Origin: Nitrospinaceae bacterium
Lineage (GTDB): Bacteria > Nitrospinota > Nitrospinia > Nitrospinales > Nitrospinaceae
NCBI GenBank assembly: GCA_965223665.1
Contig: OZ245011.1
Location: 4,000,001-4,064,000, forward strand
DNA: 64,000 nt
Direction: 5' to 3'
In this document: piece after piece, positions 57,163-64,000 of the stretch
How the letters are laid out: each line of letters begins with the position of its first letter
Numbering within the stretch: position 1 is the stretch's first letter
The notes under the pieces: generated by a model
Told to the model about the DNA's origin: nothing
The model's input: only the letters and a program-made list of their open reading frames with translations
Database searches by the model: none
Made by a program: the position numbers and the translations under genes

Positions 57163-57711
57163 TTAATGGTCGTCTTCTTTGTCATCGTCATCGTGGTCGT
57201 GGTTTTTATGAGATTCCTTTGTTTTTTTTATAATTTCATCATACTTCCCTTCTTTTTTGAGTTTTTGAATATTAGCCTGGGCCGCACCATGGATGTAAAC
57301 CAGTTCTCCTCCCGAATGCCCTGTTAATAATAATGGAATGAGTCCCAAAGTTGCTAATCCTATAAAAAATTTTCCAATTAATTTGAAACGGATAGTTCTG
57401 CTTCCTAGAAAGGATAAGATTAAGAGCCCTGCAGCAATCCAGGGGATTTTTTCACCCATTTCTTCGTGGTCTTCAATAGTTTCTTCAGAGATTACTTTTT
57501 CAACTAGTTCTTCATCAATTTCCCCAAGTTGGACAGTAATTACCGAAAACATCAGATAGAATGCCGAAATAATAACTAAAACCATCCAACTTTGCCGATT
57601 CCATTCCTTAGTCTTAAATTTGAACCAAAACCAAATAGCAACAATGGGTAGAGTAACACCCAGAACTATAGGGAAATGAACTACAGCAGGGTGCAGGGGG
57701 GTGTTTAGCAT
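57163..57711 (-). CDS. DUF2231-like membrane protein with a His/Asp-rich tail
   Basis: PLHPAVVHFPI, HEE.G, TGHSGGELVY.HG, HKNHDHDDD. Confidence 0.8.
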   Translation of the reverse strand: MLNTPLHPAVVHFPIVLGVTLPIVAIWFWFKFKTKEWNRQSWMVLVIISAFYLMFSVITVQLGEIDEELVEKVISEETIEDHEEMGEKIPWIAAGLLILSFLGSRTIRFKLIGKFFIGLATLGLIPLLLTGHSGGELVYIHGAAQANIQKLKKEGKYDEIIKKTKESHKNHDHDDDDKEDDH

Positions 57712-57833
57712 TGTGAGACTCCTTGTTAAGTTTTCGATCTATTCTGCAATATATTCATTATTAAAGGAATAGCTATTGGTGATATGGTATATAAGTTATA
57801 TCTTAATTTTACAGGGAGTTATTAAGTTTTTTA

Positions 57834-58355
57834 GTGGAAAGTACCTATAGATTAATTCGTCTCATTTCTTTATCGGCCTTTGGAATCATATCAATTCTTA
57901 TAGGAATTGACTTGATGAGTGATAGTTCTGGAGGAGCGACATCCCTGCATCTAATAGTTGAATTCATGTTGCTTGCGGTCAGTGCCATGGTTTTTTCCTT
58001 GATCCTTTATAGTTTTTTTAAAGAAAAGCAAACCACACAAATTTTAAGCACAAAGCTTATGGCAGTTACTGAAGAAAAGGAAAAATGGAAAAAAGAAGCT
58101 GTGGATTTCTTGGAGGGCTTATCTGAGGTGATTGAAAAGCAATTTAACAAATGGAAACTCACAGGAGCAGAAAAGGATGTGGGCTTTATGTTATTAAAAG
58201 GATTTTCTTTGAAAGAAATTGCTGATTTAAGAAATACATCAGAAAAAACGGTACAACTGCAATCGCAATCCATTTATAAAAAATCTAAACTTGGTAATCG
58301 ATCTGAGTTTGCTGCATTTTTTTTAGAAGATTTGTTACCGCCAAGAATTAAATAA
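57834..58355 (+). CDS. Membrane-anchored LuxR-type HTH regulator
   Basis: Two N-terminal TM helices; W.LT.AE.DV...LLKGFS.KEIA.LR.TSEKTV..Q...IY.K. Confidence 0.88.
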   Translation: MESTYRLIRLISLSAFGIISILIGIDLMSDSSGGATSLHLIVEFMLLAVSAMVFSLILYSFFKEKQTTQILSTKLMAVTEEKEKWKKEAVDFLEGLSEVIEKQFNKWKLTGAEKDVGFMLLKGFSLKEIADLRNTSEKTVQLQSQSIYKKSKLGNRSEFAAFFLEDLLPPRIK

Positions 58356-58479
58356 CATTTATCCTCAAAGGGGAATCTATAAAATATTGCCCATTTTTAA
58401 ATTCAATCCATTAAAATATTAGATGGAAGGGTTGTCCTCGAATATATTGCTGCATTAAATCATCCACGACTAAATATTT

Positions 58480-59499
58480 ATGCTAAAAAAACTTATTAAA
58501 ATTCCTCTATATTTAATTGCTCTGGGAATCATTTCTGAAATTGTTTTAAGGTTGATAATTCCTCCAGTAGATTATTTGACTCCGGTTCGCATGAAAAGTA
58601 GTAATTTATTGGTTGCCATTCCTCCCAATGTTGGTGGACATGATGATTGGGGTTTTAGAAACCGGGAGATCCCCCCTAAGGTCGATATAGTTGCAATTGG
58701 AGATAATATAACTTATGGAGTAACTGTCCCACGTTATTCTAGTTGGCCTCATCAACTAGGTGAACAAACTGGGCAATCGGTTTATAACCTTTCAATGGGA
58801 GGGTGGGCCGCACCACAATATTTGTGTGTATTGGAAAAGTATGCGCTTAGCTTAAAACCTAAGGCGGTGGTATTTAGTATTTACTTAGGAAACGATATTT
58901 ATGAAGCTTATAGGAACAAAGGTATATCCTGTAAAGTTAATTCTTTGGATAATGGTGCCTTAAAAAACCAACCGCTCTATCCCCCTTCTGGTATGAAAGA
59001 GAAAATTATTCGTACGCTAAACGAGAACTGTTTGCTTTTTAAATTTGGTTTGGCTCAATTGTCAAAATTAAAAAAGTCGATGGTAAAAAGTAATTCTAAA
59101 GAAAATTTAAATCCACTATTTTCCAAAAATACATTGAAATGGGTTTCTGTTTCCAATCCTGAAGTGAAAGAAGGATTGGATATCACTTTGGATTTCTTGA
59201 AAAAAGCTGGAGTAATTTGTCAGCGTGAAAAAATTCTTTGTATGGCAGCCCTAGTGCCCTCTAAAGAATCTGTTTACCATGGAGAGCTAAGTGATCTTCC
59301 TGAAATCATGGAAAAAGAAAATTATCTTAGAAAATCCCTGATTAATGGAGGAAAAGAAACTTCAGTTTACGTATTAGATCTTCTTCCAGCATTTCAGCAA
59401 GGCCTCAACAAGCAGACCCTTTACCGAGTTGACCAAGTCCGCCCCAACAGCGCAGGAATGGAAATTATTGCAAAAAAAATATCAGAAGTTTTAGAGTGA
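58480..59499 (+). CDS. SGNH/GDSL-fold (AlgX/AlgJ-like) protein with degenerate catalytic residues
   Basis: GFR..IVAIGDNITYG, VYNL..GG, YLGND, D.V(R)PN..G..IIA. Confidence 0.75.
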   Translation: MLKKLIKIPLYLIALGIISEIVLRLIIPPVDYLTPVRMKSSNLLVAIPPNVGGHDDWGFRNREIPPKVDIVAIGDNITYGVTVPRYSSWPHQLGEQTGQSVYNLSMGGWAAPQYLCVLEKYALSLKPKAVVFSIYLGNDIYEAYRNKGISCKVNSLDNGALKNQPLYPPSGMKEKIIRTLNENCLLFKFGLAQLSKLKKSMVKSNSKENLNPLFSKNTLKWVSVSNPEVKEGLDITLDFLKKAGVICQREKILCMAALVPSKESVYHGELSDLPEIMEKENYLRKSLINGGKETSVYVLDLLPAFQQGLNKQTLYRVDQVRPNSAGMEIIAKKISEVLE

Positions 59500-59833
59500 T
59501 TTTTTATTTAACCCTCTGCATTTCCCTAATTTTTTCCACCAATTTCCCAAAATTCAAGAAAATTAGAAAATAAAAGTTTAGTTTCTCCAGGTTTTGACGA
59601 TTTAAGGTTATACCAATCAAAATTATCCCTAACCTAATGCGATCATTTAGGAAATGGGAGGACTTCTGGAGAGGACAAGGAAGGGGCTTTTATCAAATTT
59701 GGATAAGCTAATAGCCTGTTTCGGGGTTTTGGATTTCTTATTTGACGGGTGAGTCCATTTTAGTTAGAATGTGCGCATCCCAAAAACTATTAATTATTTA
59801 GCCCTTAGGCCGTTTAAAGGGGCATGTGATTCT

Positions 59834-60481
59834 ATGAAATGGACCCGAAAAGTCAACCAGACCATTGGCAATAAACTCGGCAAGTGTTGTTTCTTCTTAG
59901 CGGAACCCTTTCAGTTGTTACGTGAGAATATTAGACCAAGAGTAAGAAAGTATTTTGATCAAGCTCTTAGAAGTATTGAAAATAAGAAAATTGGAGCTGC
60001 TCTCTTGAATCTCAATATGGTACTGAGTTTAAAACCTGACCATTTTTTAGCTTGCGTCTATAGAGGAAGAATATATTTGCGGGAAAAAAATTATTCCCTG
60101 GCATCAAATGATTTTATTAGAGCAAGTAAAATAAGCCCTTATCGATTTTTGCACTATAACCTCTATCGTGAATATTTAGATTCCATTCATAGGGGTTTTT
60201 CTCACCGGGCTCATTCTATGGAAGAAAAGTTTAATGAGGTGTTTAGGGGATGGCAGGCTCCGGATATTTATACAAAACATTTAGAATCAAATGAAACCTG
60301 GGAAACTGAGGAACCAACTTTATCCCTTGGTCCCGAAGATGAAGAGGGGATAGTGGATCCTTATCAAGATGGTGATCTTTCTTGGGAAGAGAGAGAGAGG
60401 TTCGACGATATGGGTCCCATCACTGGGAAGGAAATTGAAAACACTGACTGGGAATCTCTTATTCGTAAATTGACTTCTTAA
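59834..60481 (+). CDS. TPR-containing protein with an acidic C-terminus
   Basis: ALLNLNMVLSLKPDHFLACVYRGRIY..A..DF. ATG follows AAGGGG (ORF track start is 59771). Confidence 0.75.
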   Translation: MKWTRKVNQTIGNKLGKCCFFLAEPFQLLRENIRPRVRKYFDQALRSIENKKIGAALLNLNMVLSLKPDHFLACVYRGRIYLREKNYSLASNDFIRASKISPYRFLHYNLYREYLDSIHRGFSHRAHSMEEKFNEVFRGWQAPDIYTKHLESNETWETEEPTLSLGPEDEEGIVDPYQDGDLSWEERERFDDMGPITGKEIENTDWESLIRKLTS

Positions 60482-62648
60482 TTGTTTTTGATAGAGTTTC
60501 TTCCAAGTATTCTAAAATTTCTTTTTCTGATAATGGTTTACAGAAAAGAAACCCCTGCGCTTCGTTACATTCTAAGTTTATCAAAAATTTCTTTTGTTCT
60601 TCTGATTCGACCCCCTCAGCAATTGTTTTTAATTTTAGGCTTTGAGCTAAAGCAACGATTGCCCGTGTAATGGCGGAATTTTTAGGAAGAGAGTATTCCT
60701 GAATGAATGTCTTATCAATTTTTAAAAAGTCTATAGGTAAATTTTTTAAATAATTTAAAGAAGAGTACCCTGTTCCAAAATCGTCAATAGCTATTTTTAT
60801 TCCCAGTTCCTTAAGTTTATTTAAATTAGAAATTGCCAGTTTCGTATCCCTCATTAAAATACTTTCCGTAATTTCAATTTCCATATACTCTGGTGATAAA
60901 CTTTCTTTAGCCAGCATTTCTTCAATTTTTTGAATTAAAAGAGGGTGGTTAAATTGCAGTGCCGAGAGGTTAATGGCTATGGGGATCAAAGGCCATCCTT
61001 TTTCTTTCCAAACTCTAGACTGTCGGCATGCCTTTTCTATCATCCAATAACCTATTTCAATAATTAGTCGAGTTTCCTCTGCAATAGTTATATATTGATC
61101 TGGCATCACAAAACCCAACTCTGGATTTTCCCACCTTAATAAAGCTTCTAATCCTGCTACTTGACCTGTAGTTAAATTTATTTTTGGCTGATAAAATAAG
61201 TCAAATTCATCATTATCAAGGCCTTTACGAAGATTACGCTCTATGCACAATCTCTCCATTGCTCTATTATTCATCGAGGAAGTGTAGAGTTCGAAGGTGT
61301 TTTTTCCCTTCTCTTTCGCTCGGTACATCGCTAAATCGGAATTTTTAAGTAAAGTTTTTATTTCTGTTCCATCTGTAGGAAAAATTGCGATTCCTATGCT
61401 GCACCGGATATAAAGATCATGCCCTTCAATTCTAATGGGAGGTCCTAAGGTTTCTAAAATTTTTTGCGCTAATTTGGCAGCATCATTGGTTTTTTTTAAG
61501 TGAGGAATTAAAATAATGAACTCGTCTCCTCCCATTCTTGCAACTGTATCCTCTTTCCTCAGCAGGTCCCGGAGACGATGAGCCACCAATTGTAAAAGCT
61601 GGTCTCCTGCTTCATGACCTAAAGTATCATTAATTGTTTTAAAGTTATCTAAGTCTAAAAACATAATAGCTACTTGCTCATTATTTCTAATGGCATGTGC
61701 CAAAGCCACTGCTAACCTGTCATTTAGGAGATTTCGGTTCGGAAGTCCTGTTAGGGAATCAAAATAAGCCATTTGTCTAATGGTTTCTTCCATTTGCTTC
61801 CGTTCGGTAATATCTTCTACCCAAATCATTGCTTCGTTTTGCTTGGATTCATTATGAATTTTTTGAATTTTACAGTCGGCAGGAAAGCTGCTTCCATCTT
61901 TTCTTCGCAATATTGCTTCAAAGCCAACAATAGTACGGGTTTCTTTAGCTAGAGAATCCAGACTTTGCCTTAGAATTTCTTTTGTTAAATTAATAGATAA
62001 ATCCAATAGGGTCATTTTTTTAAATTCCTCGGGGTCATAACCCAGTTCTTGGCATGCAAAGGAATTTACTTTTACAAATTGAAAATTCTCTGTTTTAAAT
62101 ATAAAAACTTCCCGATTAAATTCTTTACTTCCTAAGGAAGTAAAATCGTTATTATTTTCATTGACTGAGTTTAGGTAACTGTCATTGGTTACAAGTTTTG
62201 AGGATATTTTTCTTGATCTTGCAGACAAGGTTTTCATAATAGCCAGTAATGCCTTTGGCTGAACTGTAAAATATTCTTGGAATTGGTTTTCATTGATTTC
62301 CATTAAAAGGGAAGGGACTAAAGTGCGCGCACTTGCAGTTCGAGGCAAAGATTCTATTAAAGACATTTCACCAAAAAAATCTCCGGGTTGCATAGTAGTT
62401 AGAGATTTATCATTTTGATGTATTAGAATTTCTCCTTGCAATACAATGTACATAGTTTTTCCCAAGTCCCCTTCCTTGAAAATTACTATTCCCTCCTCCA
62501 GGGGAGTTAATTTGCTTTCTTGAGTCAGTCTTTCAAGTGTGGACTCGTGAAAAAACCTTAAAAAGTCGATCTTTCTTAAAATTTCCATGATTTGGCTGGA
62601 ATCAATGAATGAAGCCAAAGGAAGACTATGATTATTGGGGATATTCAA
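60459..62648 (-). CDS. cNMP-binding/PAS/GGDEF/EAL c-di-GMP signalling protein
   Basis: GDFFGEMSL..PRTAS, PAS, DSLTGLPNR, GGDEF, EALLRW, DDFGTGYSS. Confidence 0.95.
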   Translation of the reverse strand: MNIPNNHSLPLASFIDSSQIMEILRKIDFLRFFHESTLERLTQESKLTPLEEGIVIFKEGDLGKTMYIVLQGEILIHQNDKSLTTMQPGDFFGEMSLIESLPRTASARTLVPSLLMEINENQFQEYFTVQPKALLAIMKTLSARSRKISSKLVTNDSYLNSVNENNNDFTSLGSKEFNREVFIFKTENFQFVKVNSFACQELGYDPEEFKKMTLLDLSINLTKEILRQSLDSLAKETRTIVGFEAILRRKDGSSFPADCKIQKIHNESKQNEAMIWVEDITERKQMEETIRQMAYFDSLTGLPNRNLLNDRLAVALAHAIRNNEQVAIMFLDLDNFKTINDTLGHEAGDQLLQLVAHRLRDLLRKEDTVARMGGDEFIILIPHLKKTNDAAKLAQKILETLGPPIRIEGHDLYIRCSIGIAIFPTDGTEIKTLLKNSDLAMYRAKEKGKNTFELYTSSMNNRAMERLCIERNLRKGLDNDEFDLFYQPKINLTTGQVAGLEALLRWENPELGFVMPDQYITIAEETRLIIEIGYWMIEKACRQSRVWKEKGWPLIPIAINLSALQFNHPLLIQKIEEMLAKESLSPEYMEIEITESILMRDTKLAISNLNKLKELGIKIAIDDFGTGYSSLNYLKNLPIDFLKIDKTFIQEYSLPKNSAITRAIVALAQSLKLKTIAEGVESEEQKKFLINLECNEAQGFLFCKPLSEKEILEYLEETLSKTIKKSIYE

Positions 62649-63013
62649 CTTTTTGCCTCTGAAAGTGATATTATATTAATTGTAAAGGTAAAACTAATAC
62701 TTTGCTAGTTAAACCTTGCCGAACTTACATTAGTTTAAAGTTGATATATTTGAGGGTAGGGGGAGCAAAATCAGCTAAGTTTGCTTCATTAGTTAGTTAT
62801 TATAGCTTGGATTCAATTGAAGGGAACCCGCCAGGAAATTTAGTTTAAATAAACTAAATTTATCTATGGAGGTTCAAACCTGGCAGGTTTCCCCAATTAA
62901 ACAAGAGATTTTCTTTAAAAAGATACGATTTTAAAGATTTTATTCCTTAAAGAAGGAAACTTTTGGAAAAGTGATTTTGATTTTTGGATTAAAGTTAGAG
63001 GAGTTTAAAAGGT

Positions 63014-63988
63014 TTATTGGGAAAACTGCTTTTCATAAGAGTCATCAGAGTGTTGGTTCAGGTAGGCCACAAGTTGAGTTCTTGAATTGACTCCTAATTT
63101 TTTGTGAATTTTTTTTAGGTGAGTTTTGACGGTATGGGTACTAATAAAAAGTCTTTCCGCTATTTCTTGCCTTCCCAAACCATCATGAATAAGACAACAA
63201 ATTTCCATTTCCCTCCAAGTAAGCCCCGCTTTTTGGATTAACATATTGGACTTTGTAAAAGGGTCTGAAGCTGGGTGTATTCTTAATAGCCACATTCTTT
63301 CGATATCTGGATGTTTGTTCTCAAGTTCAAAATAAACTAATTTAAAATTTCCCTTTGGCAAGGAAAGGAAAGATATCTCTGTGCCTGGGTTTTCATCATT
63401 TTCTGATGGCATTGGTGCCGCATTAGTATTGATAACTTTAGATAAACTTTCAGGCAGCAATTCATTGTCAGATGTTTGAAACAAATCGCGGAAAGATCGA
63501 TTGCACGATGCAATTAACATATCCTTATTTACAATTGCAATAGCTGCTGGTGATTTCATTAAAGTTGTGATTGTTGCTTTTGATTTGGCTAGCTCTTCGG
63601 CCAGCATAAGTGATTTTATTTTTTGCATGATGTGGGGGTAAACCCACTCATGGACGGCTTGATTTTTTAAAGACAGAGGTTTATTTTGTTCGTTCTTGGT
63701 AAGCATTAATTTGGCAAGGGTATCTTTTTGAAAGTATTTGTATATTAAATCTCGATCTTCTTTGGTAATCCCTGGGCAATCTAAAAGTGGGGCTTCAAAG
63801 TTTTTGGCACCTCTTGGATCAAAATAATTAAAACCATCCTCCATTAGAGGAATGACGTACTCTCTTATGGCAGATTGCAAAGCCTCTCTATGGGTACATT
63901 GACTGATTAAGTTTAAAGCTTGCAATACCTTGAAAAATTCTTTTTCGTTGACCGTTGCCGTAACCAATATATTCCTCGCAAAAATCAA
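63014..63988 (-). CDS. LuxR-type HTH transcriptional regulator; true start may lie beyond the window end
   Basis: LTWREMEI..LI..GL...EIAERLFISTHTVKTHLKKIHKKLGV.SR. Confidence 0.88.
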   Translation of the reverse strand: MIFARNILVTATVNEKEFFKVLQALNLISQCTHREALQSAIREYVIPLMEDGFNYFDPRGAKNFEAPLLDCPGITKEDRDLIYKYFQKDTLAKLMLTKNEQNKPLSLKNQAVHEWVYPHIMQKIKSLMLAEELAKSKATITTLMKSPAAIAIVNKDMLIASCNRSFRDLFQTSDNELLPESLSKVINTNAAPMPSENDENPGTEISFLSLPKGNFKLVYFELENKHPDIERMWLLRIHPASDPFTKSNMLIQKAGLTWREMEICCLIHDGLGRQEIAERLFISTHTVKTHLKKIHKKLGVNSRTQLVAYLNQHSDDSYEKQFSQ

Positions 63989-64000
63989 TTAAACTGGATT

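Noticed and set aside
1-64000. tRNA, rRNA, IS elements, integrase, prophage, CRISPR-Cas or recognisable defence systems
   Set aside because: None was recognisable by eye in the ORFs or intergenic regions. A covariance-model scan was not possible.

Overview
AT-rich, gene-dense bacterial chromosome segment with about 55 CDS. I found no rRNA, tRNA, CRISPR array, IS element or prophage. The gene content (an NxrC/EbdC-like heme-b subunit with a TorD/DmsD chaperone, several lineage-type hypothetical genes, pil minor pilins) suggests a Nitrospinota-like nitrite oxidiser, but this is inference only. The window runs from a partial aspS through a ferredoxin, a B12 radical SAM enzyme, a DMSO-reductase/NXR accessory group, an Fe-S/redox group (ygfZ-TPR, iscA, bolA, grx, Prx-like), an S8 protease, pit, a desaturase with a divergent two-component system, gdhA, an arcE-like/arcC/crcB/DUF190 operon, a putative metal-uptake operon headed by a CutF/CruR-like leader, pilVWX under a sigma54 promoter, an ECF sigma/NrsF/spondin module, a RiPP-type radical SAM, an orphan TpsB and a cNMP-PAS-GGDEF-EAL protein. 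The most notable items are the arginine synthetase-like energy-conserving operon, the candidate ribosome-stalling metal sensor operon, an uncharacterised HExxH/Zn-finger protein beside the NXR-type maturation genes, a promoter hidden inside the ECF sigma gene, GGA-rich candidate regulatory RNAs and two apparent pseudoenzymes.
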